A stretch of DNA of 49,691 nucleotides from Clostridia bacterium (GCA_017963755.1 JAGCTF010000113.1:1-49691), one strand, 5' to 3'; counted from the first letter of the stretch, positions 1 to 9,261 are shown. The notes: generated from the letters alone by a model not told the origin. Made by a program: numbers and translations.

Positions 1-2
1 AA

Positions 3-905
3 GGCAGGCTCAACGAGATCGACTACAGCAAGATCACGAACTACGGTAAAATAAGAGATAATCTTAAAGTCACCACTTTCGATCCCGAAGCAAAATACAC
101 TGTGCCCTATATGTGGGGAACGCTCGGCATCATCTACAATAAAGAAAAGACCGGCGACGACGTTATCGACAGCTGGGACGATCTCTGGGATGAAAAGTAC
201 AAGGGCTCAATCATCATGCTCGACTCCATCCGCGATACGATGGCCATCGCCCTCATCAAAGAGTACGGACTTGACGCCATAAACTGCACCGAGACGGAAA
301 AGATCGAAAAGGCCGGAAAACTGCTTGAAGAGCAGAAAAAACTTGTCGCCCTTTACGGAATGGACGATATCAAAGACCCGATGATTCGCGGCAATTACGC
401 CCTCTGCGTGCATTATTCCGGCGACGCGTACGCTATAATGGACGAGAGCGAGCACGACCTCGGGTACGTTATCCCGAAAGAGGGGTCAAACAGATGGATC
501 GACAGCATGGTCATCCCCACCTCTTCCAAGAACGTTGAAGGCGCTCACCTGTTCATCGATTTCATGTGCAGAACAGACATCGCCGTAAAGAACGCTGAGT
601 ATATCGGCTACTCGACGCCTCAGACTGAAGCGATGTCCGAACTGGGCGAAGGATATATCGACGATGAAGTTTACAACCCGACAGACGAACAGCTCGCCAA
701 CACCAAAGAGTTCATCGCCCTCGATTCGTCAGTTATGGAACAGTATAACAGAGTATGGGAAACTTTCCGCCTCACCGACGATGACGAGAAAGGTTCCGTT
801 AACCTCACCTGGCTCTACGTACTTATCGCCGTTGCAGTAGTCGGAGTAATCGTATTCTTCGTGATCCGCAAGAAAAAGCGCGATAAACTCAGGTACGATG
901 ACTGA
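3..905 (+). CDS. potD: Spermidine/putrescine-type ABC transporter substrate-binding protein (PotD family). The 5' end is cut by the window edge, and there is an extra C-terminal membrane anchor.
   Basis: The frame is open from base 3 (GRLNEIDYSK...) into ORF 102..905. PotD-like motifs are VPYMWGTLGIIYN, DSIRDTMAIAL and GYVIPKEGSNRWIDSMVIP. The tail LTWLYVLIAVAVVGVIVFFVIRKKKR is a hydrophobic helix followed by basic residues. Confidence 0.8.
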   Translation, partial: GRLNEIDYSKITNYGKIRDNLKVTTFDPEAKYTVPYMWGTLGIIYNKEKTGDDVIDSWDDLWDEKYKGSIIMLDSIRDTMAIALIKEYGLDAINCTETEKIEKAGKLLEEQKKLVALYGMDDIKDPMIRGNYALCVHYSGDAYAIMDESEHDLGYVIPKEGSNRWIDSMVIPTSSKNVEGAHLFIDFMCRTDIAVKNAEYIGYSTPQTEAMSELGEGYIDDEVYNPTDEQLANTKEFIALDSSVMEQYNRVWETFRLTDDDEKGSVNLTWLYVLIAVAVVGVIVFFVIRKKKRDKLRYDD

Positions 906-932
906 GTGCCAAGGTACTGACTGGATTTTAAA

Positions 933-1853
933 ATGCCATTCGAATCATCCGGAACATCCGATAACTATTACAGCGAAAGCACCGGTCTCAGCAGCGAAAG
1001 CGGCAGAGGCGGTGCCTTTCGAGGTTTTGCGAAAATTGAGATAGACCGGGTGCTCGGAAGGCTCGACAGGCTGCTGGCGGCAAAGGATTATTCCGCCGCC
1101 GAGGCGCATTTGAAGTTCTGGCTGGGCGAGGCCGGCGCCGCCGGGGACAGGGCCGCCCGGCTTACGTTGCTGAATGAGCTTATGGGGTTTTACAGGCGGG
1201 GCGGCGACGGGACGGCGGCGCGGCAGTTTGCCGAGGCGGCGCTCGAAGAATACGGTTCGGACAATGAGTTTTGCGGTACCGTGTTCTTCGGTACCACATG
1301 CCTGAACGCCGCTACGGTTTTTAAGGCGTTCGGCGCGCCGGAGCGGGCGCTCGGTCTGTATGAGCGCTGTATGGAGATCTATCGCGCGCAGCTTGAGCCG
1401 GACGACGTGCGGTTCGGCGGCCTGTACAATAATATGGGGCTGGCGCTTCACGAGCTCGGGAGGTTTTCCGAGGCGAGGGAGGCGTTTGAGGCCGCGATCC
1501 GCGTGCAGGAGGACGGCGGGGCCGCGACGGCGCTTGACCGGGCAATTACTTACCTGAATCTTTGCGACCTTGCCGTGAGCATTGACGCTGCGGACGGAGA
1601 AGGTCGCGATCCCGTCGGTATTTCCGGCAGCGATCCAGGATATTCGGTGAGCGATAGTACAGCAGAAGAAATTGACCGGCTGATCGAAAAGGCTTACGGG
1701 CTTATTATTGACCCGGAAGTGCCTCGGAATCCGTATTACGCGTTCGTTTGCGAAAAATGTGCCCCTGTGTTCGGTTTTTACGGTTATTTTCTTTATAAAA
1801 ATGAGCTTGCTGATGCGGCTAAGGCGCTCGATGCGCAGTTCGGTGCAAAATAG
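933..1853 (+). CDS. Tetratricopeptide-repeat (TPR) protein
   Basis: 306-aa ORF with repeated TPR-like helical pairs (YNNMGLALHELGRFSEAREAFEAAIRV, ALGLYERCMEIYRAQL). The antisense ORFs across it are low-complexity GC-rich shadow ORFs. Confidence 0.7.
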   Translation: MPFESSGTSDNYYSESTGLSSESGRGGAFRGFAKIEIDRVLGRLDRLLAAKDYSAAEAHLKFWLGEAGAAGDRAARLTLLNELMGFYRRGGDGTAARQFAEAALEEYGSDNEFCGTVFFGTTCLNAATVFKAFGAPERALGLYERCMEIYRAQLEPDDVRFGGLYNNMGLALHELGRFSEAREAFEAAIRVQEDGGAATALDRAITYLNLCDLAVSIDAADGEGRDPVGISGSDPGYSVSDSTAEEIDRLIEKAYGLIIDPEVPRNPYYAFVCEKCAPVFGFYGYFLYKNELADAAKALDAQFGAK

Positions 1854-1889
1854 CGGCGCGGAGAGCTGCAGGAATAGATTGGAACGGTT

Positions 1890-2864
1890 ATGAACGGATC
1901 GGAACTGTCTTTTAAATATTATGAATCGTTCGGTCTTCCGGAGTTTTCAACGAAATTTCCGGAGCTGTTTCCCCTGCTCTGCTTCGGGCTTGCGGGTGCG
2001 GGTTCGGAATGCTACGGCTTTGATGACGAGCTGTCGCAGGATCACGATTTTGAACCTGGTTTTTGTGTTTTTTATCCGGAGGACAAGCTTGATTCGAGGC
2101 AGGTTTTTGCGCTTGAGCGTGCGTACGCCAAGCTGCCTAAGGAGTTTTTGGGTTTTTCGCGGTCAATGATCGCGCCTTACGGCGGCGAGAAGCGCCGCGG
2201 TGTTATAGGTGTCAATGAATTTTTTTCGCGCTACGTTCCGGGCGGGGCCGTTCCTTCCGATCTGAACGGCTGGGCGGCGCTCAGCGATGAGCTTTTATGT
2301 GAGGCGCTTAACGGTGTCGTTTTTTCGGACAATTACGGTCTGTTTTCGGAGATACGCAGCGGTTTGCGGGACGTGCCGGACGATATTCGAAAAAAGCGCC
2401 TTTCCGGCCTGTTTTTCGGGCTTTCGCAGAGCGGGTGGTATAACGTCCCCAGAATGCTCAAAAGGGGCGATTTCGGGGCCGTAAGGCTGTTTTTGGCGGA
2501 TTTCGTTATTGACGCCGCAAAATGCCTGTACGTTCTTAACGATCAGTTCTGCCCGTATAAAAAATGGCTGCTGCGCGGCCTTAAGTCATTGCCCGTGTGC
2601 GGGATCGCCGGTGAGCTCGAAGAACTTTTGAACGTTGACGTGAAGCGTACTGACGGTGCGATGAGCGGGCTTATCAGTTCTGTTACGAAAAGGCTTCTGG
2701 AGATGTGCTCGATCAAGTACGGTACCGTAAAGGCGGACAGCTCTTTCGGGGCTGAGCAATCTGATTCTGACGGTCTTCGTGCGCTTCAGAGCGCGGCTTT
2801 TTCGCTGAACGGTATGATCTCGGACAATAACCTTCGGAATTCTGATATTATGCTGCTGGTGTGA
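1890..2864 (+). CDS. DUF4037-type nucleotidyltransferase-fold protein
   Basis: The N-terminus SFKYYESFGLPEFSTKFPELFPLLCFGLAGAGSECYGFDDELSQDHDFEPGFCVFYP matches the DUF4037 pattern, including the GS...D.D pol-beta NTase signature. It starts 37 nt after the TPR gene. Confidence 0.75.
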   Translation: MNGSELSFKYYESFGLPEFSTKFPELFPLLCFGLAGAGSECYGFDDELSQDHDFEPGFCVFYPEDKLDSRQVFALERAYAKLPKEFLGFSRSMIAPYGGEKRRGVIGVNEFFSRYVPGGAVPSDLNGWAALSDELLCEALNGVVFSDNYGLFSEIRSGLRDVPDDIRKKRLSGLFFGLSQSGWYNVPRMLKRGDFGAVRLFLADFVIDAAKCLYVLNDQFCPYKKWLLRGLKSLPVCGIAGELEELLNVDVKRTDGAMSGLISSVTKRLLEMCSIKYGTVKADSSFGAEQSDSDGLRALQSAAFSLNGMISDNNLRNSDIMLLV

Positions 2865-2896
2865 TTTCGTTTGATTGGAAAGGAGCATAAACGGCT

Positions 2897-3271
2897 ATGG
2901 TGAATGACAATAACTTTGACAATAATTCGGATAGATCGATCGCTTTTTGCGGGCTTAATTGCAGGAAATGCGATGCTTATATTGCGACTGTGAATGACGA
3001 CCGGGCGCTTCGGGAAAAGACCGCGAGGCTATGGAGCGAACTGAATCAAGTGCTTATTACGCCTGAGCAGATAAACTGTGAGGGCTGCCGCGCGGAAGGC
3101 GCAAAAACCGTTTTCTGCTCCGAGCTTTGCGAAATACGTAAATGTGCTGTTGAGAAAGGTGTTGAGACCTGCGGTGCCTGTGCGTCAATGGAGTCATGTT
3201 CCCTGCTCGGAGCGATTCTGGCGAACAATGACGAAGCGAGGAGCAATCTTACCCGGAACGGCCGGGATTAA
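2897..3271 (+). CDS. DUF3795-type cysteine-rich small protein
   Basis: 124 aa with CGLNCRKCDAY, CEGCR, CEIRKC and CGACASMESC cysteine clusters typical of DUF3795. An AGGAG lies upstream of the ATG. Confidence 0.7.
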   Translation: MVNDNNFDNNSDRSIAFCGLNCRKCDAYIATVNDDRALREKTARLWSELNQVLITPEQINCEGCRAEGAKTVFCSELCEIRKCAVEKGVETCGACASMESCSLLGAILANNDEARSNLTRNGRD

Positions 3272-3332
3272 TAGATTAGTTTATAATTGTTAATATGATT
3301 TTATAAATAAATTTTGATTTGGAGATGTCTTT

Positions 3333-3890
3333 ATGAAAACATTGAAAGCCCTTCAGGTACTTGCGAAGATCGGAAAGATCATTAGCAAAATTGTATTTAT
3401 CTGTTCTATCGTCGGATTCTGTCTGTGTGTCCTGGGTATCGTGAGCCTCGCGGCCGGCGGAACCATGCTTAAGATCGGCGGCGTTACTGTACGCGGTCTG
3501 ATAGAGAACAATGCAGGAATTCCTCTTCCTGAATTGTACGCTTCGATGATCGTCGGGGTATTTATTTGCGCCGCAGAGGCAGTTCTCTCTAAATTTGCCG
3601 GAATCTATTTTAAAAATGAACTCGAAGCCGGTACTCCTTTTACGTTCGAAGGAGCAAAAGAATTAATGCGGCTTGGAATATTGGCCGTCGCGATCCCTCT
3701 GGGCACTGCTATCGTGTGCTCTATCATTATCGCCGTTATGAACGTATTCTTCCCCGGCGTGGATAAAATATCCGTAAACGGCTTTTCGTCAGTCGGTATT
3801 GGAATTATGATGATCGTGATGTCGCTCGTTTGCCGCCACGGAACTGAATTGAACAGTTCAGGCGCACAGGGCGGGAATGCAGAGTCCTGA
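3333..3890 (+). CDS. Integral membrane protein of unknown function (possibly DUF2975-like)
   Basis: 185 aa with about 4 hydrophobic helices. GGAG lies 8 nt upstream of the ATG. The DUF2975 assignment rests only on the PFTFEGAKELMRLGIL segment and is weak. Confidence 0.65.
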   Translation: MKTLKALQVLAKIGKIISKIVFICSIVGFCLCVLGIVSLAAGGTMLKIGGVTVRGLIENNAGIPLPELYASMIVGVFICAAEAVLSKFAGIYFKNELEAGTPFTFEGAKELMRLGILAVAIPLGTAIVCSIIIAVMNVFFPGVDKISVNGFSSVGIGIMMIVMSLVCRHGTELNSSGAQGGNAES

Positions 3891-3905
3891 AACAGCTTTA
3901 CGCGT

Positions 3906-5714
3906 TCAGTCAGCTACAAAAATGTATGAATAAACGTCCTGTCCTCCGGATGTCATAAATACTTCCGTGTCAGGATATTTTTCTTGTATTGCCTTCTCGA
4001 GCATCTCGTTTTCGTAATCAGCCGTATCTTTTCCGGCAAAGCACGTTATGACGCTCCTGCTTTCGGACGATTCGAGCAGATGATCTGCGAGGAGCATCGC
4101 AGCGCTTACGACTTCGCGTTCCGAAGAAATGATCTTTTTTCCGACAAATCCGATGAAATCCCCTTCGTTTACGTGGATGCCGTCAAAGTTTCCGCTCTTT
4201 ACAGCGGTAGATACGGCACCGGAACACGAGGAAGCGACTGCTTCGTTGACAGCTGCGATAATGCCGTCAATATCATTGTCATCGGGATATATTGCCGATA
4301 ATCCTACGTACCCCTGGCCGAGATTCGAAGTCTCGATCACGTGTACCCGCGCATTGCTGTAAAGTTCGGCAGCTTGACGGGCGGAAAGGACTATATTTTT
4401 GTTGTTCGGAAATACGATTATATGCTCTGCGTTGACCTTTTCGAACGCGTTCAGGAAGTCCTGAGCCGAAGGATTCAGCGACTGGCCGCCGGCAACGAGT
4501 TCGTCGCATCCCATTGCCCTGAACGTCTCCGCAAACCCTTCTCCTGCGCATACTGCAACGGAGCCGAAGAATTTCTTCTCCGCAACGCCCTTTTCAAATT
4601 CCAGACCGGATCCATGCTCCGCACTTTCCTGCCCCGAAAAGCTGCTGTCCGGCTTAGGAGACAGAGCCGGATTATCCGAAGCAAGCTCGATAAGACCGGC
4701 GGGGGAATCATTGTCCGTATGTTCCAGCGTCATATTCTCTATTTTGATCTTCAGGAATTCGCCGAAATTATGCATATGATCCATCACTCGCTCGGGATGA
4801 AGCGTATGTACGTGAAGCTTCAGCAGCGAATCGCTCCTGAAATAAACGACTGAATCTCCGGATTCCGCCAGAAATTTTCTGATCGCATCGTCATCGAACG
4901 ACGCTATGTCGGTTTTCGTATTCTGAAGTCTTACGAGCAGTTCGGTGCAGTAGCCGTAACTCATAACGTCATCAGCTGTAAAGAGGTCAACATTTACGTT
5001 ATCAGCGTGCGTTCTGTATTCGGGTTCACTGTCAACCATATTCGCCTGAATACCGTAATGGATCTTCGTTTTCTCAACGTCCTCGTTAAGTGCTCGCGAA
5101 AAGCCAGCGGCAATGTAGTAGAGTCCCGCTCCGCCGCTGTCAATAACTCCCGCCTGCTTCAGTACGGGCAGTAATTCCGGCGTATGCATAAGAGAATTGC
5201 GCATGCCTGTCATAAGCTGACTGAACAGTTCTGAAAGCGGAGCATCGTCGGAAACGTTTTCTTCTGCGTAATCGGCGGATTCGCGCGCTACGGTCAATAT
5301 AGTTCCTTCAGTGGGATTCAGCACGGCTGCGTAGGAGTGTTTCACTCCGCTTTTAAGGGCAACGACAAGTTTTTTTGCATCGGCCGAGTCGCTTCCGGAC
5401 AATACGTCTGTGATTCCTTTGAAAAACTGAGAAAGTATCACGCCGGAATTGCCCCTAGCCTCTAAGAGCATGCCTTTGCTCGAAGTGATCACGGCATCAG
5501 GCAGCCCCTCGGTCTTGCACGCGCCTAAAGCCTTTACACCGCCGTTTATCGTGCGCCACATATTGTCCCCCGTATCGCCGTCAGGCACGGGAAACACGTT
5601 AAGGTCATTGACGTCTTTAATATGGATCTTAAGCTCGCACGCCGCGCACTTGAGCATCCATCCGTATATTTCACCGTTAAGTAGTTTTTCGCTCTTGTAA
5701 TTCATTAAACTCAA
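3906..5714 (-). CDS. fakA: DAK2-domain protein of the YloV/FakA family (fatty acid kinase ATP-binding subunit)
   Basis: The N-terminal Dak2 motifs are DVNDLNVFPVPDGDTGDNM and EARGNSGVILSQFF. GGAGG lies 9 nt upstream of the ATG. The gene sits immediately downstream of a DegV gene, the usual FakB-FakA arrangement. Confidence 0.85.
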   Translation of the reverse strand: MSLMNYKSEKLLNGEIYGWMLKCAACELKIHIKDVNDLNVFPVPDGDTGDNMWRTINGGVKALGACKTEGLPDAVITSSKGMLLEARGNSGVILSQFFKGITDVLSGSDSADAKKLVVALKSGVKHSYAAVLNPTEGTILTVARESADYAEENVSDDAPLSELFSQLMTGMRNSLMHTPELLPVLKQAGVIDSGGAGLYYIAAGFSRALNEDVEKTKIHYGIQANMVDSEPEYRTHADNVNVDLFTADDVMSYGYCTELLVRLQNTKTDIASFDDDAIRKFLAESGDSVVYFRSDSLLKLHVHTLHPERVMDHMHNFGEFLKIKIENMTLEHTDNDSPAGLIELASDNPALSPKPDSSFSGQESAEHGSGLEFEKGVAEKKFFGSVAVCAGEGFAETFRAMGCDELVAGGQSLNPSAQDFLNAFEKVNAEHIIVFPNNKNIVLSARQAAELYSNARVHVIETSNLGQGYVGLSAIYPDDNDIDGIIAAVNEAVASSCSGAVSTAVKSGNFDGIHVNEGDFIGFVGKKIISSEREVVSAAMLLADHLLESSESRSVITCFAGKDTADYENEMLEKAIQEKYPDTEVFMTSGGQDVYSYIFVAD

Positions 5715-5729
5715 CCTCCAAAGCGGATG

Positions 5730-6599
5730 TCAGCGCTGCGTGCCCAGGAAGAACAGTGCGAGCGTACCCGGCCCGGAATGTGCCCCGATGACCGAACCCA
5801 CGTAAGTGATGAGCTGAACTTTTACGCCATATCGCTCGGCAAGTATTCCGGCAAGCATCTGTGCGTCTTCAATGCAGTCTCCGTGAGAAATAAATACTGT
5901 TCCTCCGGCAGGATCGATGCTGAGTTCGCCGTATTTGTCCGCCATTTTAAGTATCGAATTTTTACGCCCTTTAACTTTCATCATAGGGATCAGATGGCCG
6001 GGATCATCCATGTGAAGTACAGGCTTGATACCGAGCACGCCTCCGAAGAAAGCAGCAGCAGCGCTTACTCTTCCTCCGCGCTTAAGGTAGACGAGATCGC
6101 TCACAGTAAACCAGTGGCAGAGATGGAATTTTTGTTCTTCGGCATACGCGAACGCTTCTTCCATAGTGGCACCTTCGCGTTTTTTCATCGCCGTAAGGTA
6201 TACCAGCAGTCCCATTCCGGCTGAAGCGGAACGCGTATCCGAGATCATGATCTTCCTGTCCGGGTAAAGAGGTACCAGCTGCCCGGCAGCGACGACTGAA
6301 TTATTGTACGTACTGCTGAGCCCGGATGAGAACGCAAGATAGAGAATGTCTTTTCCTGTATCAAGTATTTTTTTGAATTCTTCCTTAAAAGTTCCTATAT
6401 CGATAGCAGACGTCTTGGACACTCTGCCGTTTCGCATTTCGTCATAAAATTTTTTCACCGGGTAAGTCAAATTCGTATATTCTTTTTCTGGTTCATCGTT
6501 AAAATAGTGCTTAAGGGAGCAAAATTCAACGCCCCATTCTTTTAAAAGTTCCGGCTCGATATCACATGAAAGATCTGTAAATAAAACATAAGAACTCAT
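5730..6599 (-). CDS. fakB: DegV-family fatty-acid-binding protein (FakB-type)
   Basis: 289 aa. DegV signatures are VLFTDLSCDIEPELLKEWGV, KTSAIDIGTF, ISDTRSASAGMGLLV and GGRVS. A GGAGG RBS is present. Confidence 0.88.
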   Translation of the reverse strand: MSSYVLFTDLSCDIEPELLKEWGVEFCSLKHYFNDEPEKEYTNLTYPVKKFYDEMRNGRVSKTSAIDIGTFKEEFKKILDTGKDILYLAFSSGLSSTYNNSVVAAGQLVPLYPDRKIMISDTRSASAGMGLLVYLTAMKKREGATMEEAFAYAEEQKFHLCHWFTVSDLVYLKRGGRVSAAAAFFGGVLGIKPVLHMDDPGHLIPMMKVKGRKNSILKMADKYGELSIDPAGGTVFISHGDCIEDAQMLAGILAERYGVKVQLITYVGSVIGAHSGPGTLALFFLGTQR

Positions 6600-6641
6600 A
6601 ATAACCTCCGCAAGACCGTCGGGCGGTCTTTTACAGGATTT

Positions 6642-6670
6642 AGTATAATTAATATAACTAAAATATTCAA
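6642..6670 (-). promoter_or_regulatory. Candidate sigma-A promoter for the fakB-fakA operon
   Basis: The minus strand reads TTGAAT - 17 nt - TATACT (ttgaatattttagttatattaattatact). It lies about 40 nt upstream of the fakB ATG, with an AGACCG/CGGTCT hairpin in the leader. Confidence 0.5.
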
Positions 6671-6691
6671 TAAACTGTTCAAAACGGCTTT

Positions 6692-6748
6692 TCTACCGAA
6701 AAAACGGCCGGTAGAGAACCGTTCTACCGGATGTAAACCGCCAGTAGA
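6692..6748. promoter_or_regulatory. Two tandem palindromic operator-like sites of form TCTACCG-N10-CGGTAGA
   Basis: 6692-6715 is tctaccg aaaaaacggc cggtaga. 6723-6748 is tctaccgg atgtaaaccg ccagtaga. The centres are 32 bp apart. Both sites lie between the divergent fakB and XRE-regulator promoters. Confidence 0.4.
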
Positions 6749-6784
6749 GTTAGAAATAATTGCCGGAAACTGCGGCAAAAATGC

Positions 6785-6813
6785 TTGATTTAAGGCCGTT
6801 TTAATGCTATACT
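6785..6813 (+). promoter_or_regulatory. Candidate sigma-A promoter for the XRE-family regulator gene
   Basis: TTGATT - 17 nt - TATACT, with a TGc extended -10 (ttgatttaaggccgttttaatgctatact). Confidence 0.55.
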
Positions 6814-6871
6814 AACTATACGGTGCGTTGAACCGCCCCGGGAACTGCCTTTTATTATTATTTGGAGCCGT

Positions 6872-7564
6872 TTGATCAAGATGGAAGAATATAAGCAAAT
6901 AATATCGAACAATATATCACATCTGCGCCGTTCCAAAGGAATGACGCAGGCGGAACTTGCCGAAAAACTTAACTATACCGATAAGGCTATTTCTAAATGG
7001 GAACGCGGTGAATCTATTCCCGACGCTATTGTTTTAAAGCAGATCGCGGATATGTTCGGCGTTTCCGTCGATTATTTGTTTACCAAAGAACACCGCAGTT
7101 TCTTTTCAAAAACGGACGGCGGGATCAGCAGTTTGAGGAGGCGTATCTCGAACCGTAAATTTATTCTTGCGATCTTAGTAGTGCTGATCTGGCTTATCGC
7201 TACGACCGTTTTTGTTATACTGCATGCATCTGCCCCATCATTAAAGAATCTGATATGTTTCGTAGTCGCACTTCCTGCTACGTTCATTCTGTGGCTCGTA
7301 CTGAATTCCATATGGTTCAAACGCAAAAAGAATTTCCTGATCATTTCCCTTCTGATGTGGTCTGTGCTGCTGGCGATCTGCATCATATTCCAGATGTTTA
7401 ACGTCTCGGTCTGGTACATACTCATTCTTGGAATTCCAGGCCAGACTATAATCTATTTCTGGTCAAGGATCCATATTTTCGGGCGCCGCAAGAAGAAAAA
7501 AGATCCTCTTTCTGAAGAAAACGTCGAAGAATCGGCGCAGCAATCAGAGTCAGAGGATATTTGA
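6872..7564 (+). CDS. XRE-family helix-turn-helix transcriptional regulator with a C-terminal multi-pass membrane domain
   Basis: The HTH is LRRSKGMTQAELAEKLNYTDKAISKWERGESIPD, followed by about 4 hydrophobic helices and an acidic tail. The ORF begins at TTG 6872. The ATG at 6881 (MEEYKQ) is an equally possible start. Confidence 0.85.
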   Translation: MIKMEEYKQIISNNISHLRRSKGMTQAELAEKLNYTDKAISKWERGESIPDAIVLKQIADMFGVSVDYLFTKEHRSFFSKTDGGISSLRRRISNRKFILAILVVLIWLIATTVFVILHASAPSLKNLICFVVALPATFILWLVLNSIWFKRKKNFLIISLLMWSVLLAICIIFQMFNVSVWYILILGIPGQTIIYFWSRIHIFGRRKKKKDPLSEENVEESAQQSESEDI

Positions 7565-7579
7565 TTTTTTATTGTTTTT

Positions 7580-7621
7580 ATCCGTTTATTTTGGATACGG
7601 CTATTTTTATACGGTTATTTT
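7580..7621. repeat. A/T-rich tandem direct repeat, about 14 bp x 3, overlapping the stop codon of the 7615..9171 gene
   Basis: The plus strand reads atccgtttattttgg / atacggctattttt / atacggttatttt. The TAA stop (7615-7617, minus strand) lies in the third unit. Confidence 0.65.
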
Positions 7622-9171
7622 AAGCAAACGACTATCTTCTCGTTTTCCCTGCGGCAGATCTCGTAGTAAAGCTCTCCCTGATCTTGTTTTGCCGCTATAT
7701 CAGCGCCGCTTATTCTGAAGCAGTAACTGAATCCGCAATGTTCGAGGCGGAAAAGTTTATTATTCTCATCGTATTCGAGCTTCTGCCCCGCTTCCGGTTT
7801 TCCCGGTCTGTATTCGATCCGGTCAATGCCACGGACTTCTATTCCTTCAGGTCTGAAAATAAGCTCAGCGGGCGTATCGGCTTGGATCGCGCGTTGTCCG
7901 GCGGCAAAGCTGACGCAAAGAGTATCGTCGCCGCTCTCGGAAACCGTAAAGCTATCTGCGTTGACAGCGTTCGAAATAACCATAGCAGATTCTGCACCCC
8001 CGCCGGACCACAGTCTATTGTCAACGACGGGCAGATCGTCATATCTCGCGTCCCATGTCAGGCAAGGTTCTTCCAGATAACGTTCCTTATATTCATCATT
8101 AAACATGTTAAGGTCCCGAAGATAGAGCCTGCCTTCCGGTTCAAGCACGAGCCCCGCCCTGTAATTCGGCGAATCATACCAGACAGCCTTAAGGCCGTTG
8201 TCCGTGCGATCCGAGAGCGCGGTCAATGCGTTGCAAGGAGTACTGCTGTACGCCGATTTGAATTGCCTGCCGGTCTCTCCTAACGTTTCGCACGAAACTT
8301 TCCCTTCCGCCGCCATTTTTGCGATCAATTCCGCCTGGAGTTCGTAGCCTTTACATATTGAAGGCCAGCCGAAGCTGTTTTCCTGCCCGGTCGTCGCATA
8401 CGCATATGACAGACACGGAGAATTATAGTAAACGTCCATATACCATTCCATTATCCGCCTGTCTGAACCAGAAGTCCATACCGGCTCCATCGTATTGCAG
8501 CCCCAGACTCCCGTCGGATATTTGGCCTCGTCGTAACCGTAGATCGGATCGAGTCCGAGCATTCTGAACACGGGCGTGTCAATCTGATTTGCTTGGCAGG
8601 ACGCCGGGCATAAAGCGTTTTTCCTTGACGGATAATATCCGCCGGTATAGTATCCTCCCCAGAGCGTATATGCATCTACCGCAAACTGTTCTCTGCATAT
8701 GCACATCGCGTCAAGCCCGTACTTCCTGCTCATATACTCCATCGAGTATGCGTCCAGCAGCCACGACCCTGCCGTTTTCGGCAATGCTCCGAATATTTCT
8801 TTGAATTTGCGAAACGCCTCGTCGATCAGTTTTTCACGCTGCTCACAAGTATATGCCGGTAAGAATCCGGGATTCACGTACCAGTCCCAGTCGTACCCGG
8901 GCCTTCCGCGCCACTCTATCCCGACCGCCTCAGTAAGGGGCCGGTTCATCTCAAACCACAGGCCAAGTTCCAAGTCCGGCGCACCGTCTCTGAAAACGGA
9001 CACCATATCATCTCTCAAAAGCGCGTCATACTGCAGCAGCACAGTGCTTTTAAGCCCGTACTTTCTGTTCACTTTCAGCTCCTCGATCACCGGAAGGACA
9101 AGGTCTTTTTCCGGTTCTCTGGGTTCCACGCCCCTGACAAAATTCACAAGATTGATTATTTTTTTATTCAT
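7615..9171 (-). CDS. Hypothetical 518-aa cytoplasmic protein, possibly a carbohydrate-active enzyme; function not recognised
   Basis: Long ORF with GGGAGG 6 nt upstream of the ATG and its own strong promoter. It has no signal peptide and no motif I can assign with confidence. Confidence 0.8.
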   Translation of the reverse strand: MNKKIINLVNFVRGVEPREPEKDLVLPVIEELKVNRKYGLKSTVLLQYDALLRDDMVSVFRDGAPDLELGLWFEMNRPLTEAVGIEWRGRPGYDWDWYVNPGFLPAYTCEQREKLIDEAFRKFKEIFGALPKTAGSWLLDAYSMEYMSRKYGLDAMCICREQFAVDAYTLWGGYYTGGYYPSRKNALCPASCQANQIDTPVFRMLGLDPIYGYDEAKYPTGVWGCNTMEPVWTSGSDRRIMEWYMDVYYNSPCLSYAYATTGQENSFGWPSICKGYELQAELIAKMAAEGKVSCETLGETGRQFKSAYSSTPCNALTALSDRTDNGLKAVWYDSPNYRAGLVLEPEGRLYLRDLNMFNDEYKERYLEEPCLTWDARYDDLPVVDNRLWSGGGAESAMVISNAVNADSFTVSESGDDTLCVSFAAGQRAIQADTPAELIFRPEGIEVRGIDRIEYRPGKPEAGQKLEYDENNKLFRLEHCGFSYCFRISGADIAAKQDQGELYYEICRRENEKIVVCLK

Positions 9172-9261
9172 TTTTTCCTCCCGGGCAATACTGCTTCCCT
9201 GTTCAGTATCCGTCTGACCGAAGTTCAGGATATGGCGGGTCCTCCGGCTCTGTCAACATGG

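Noticed and set aside
6596-6778. 60-aa minus-strand ORF upstream of fakB.
   Set aside because: It spans the promoter and operator region, has no RBS, and would overlap the fakB start.
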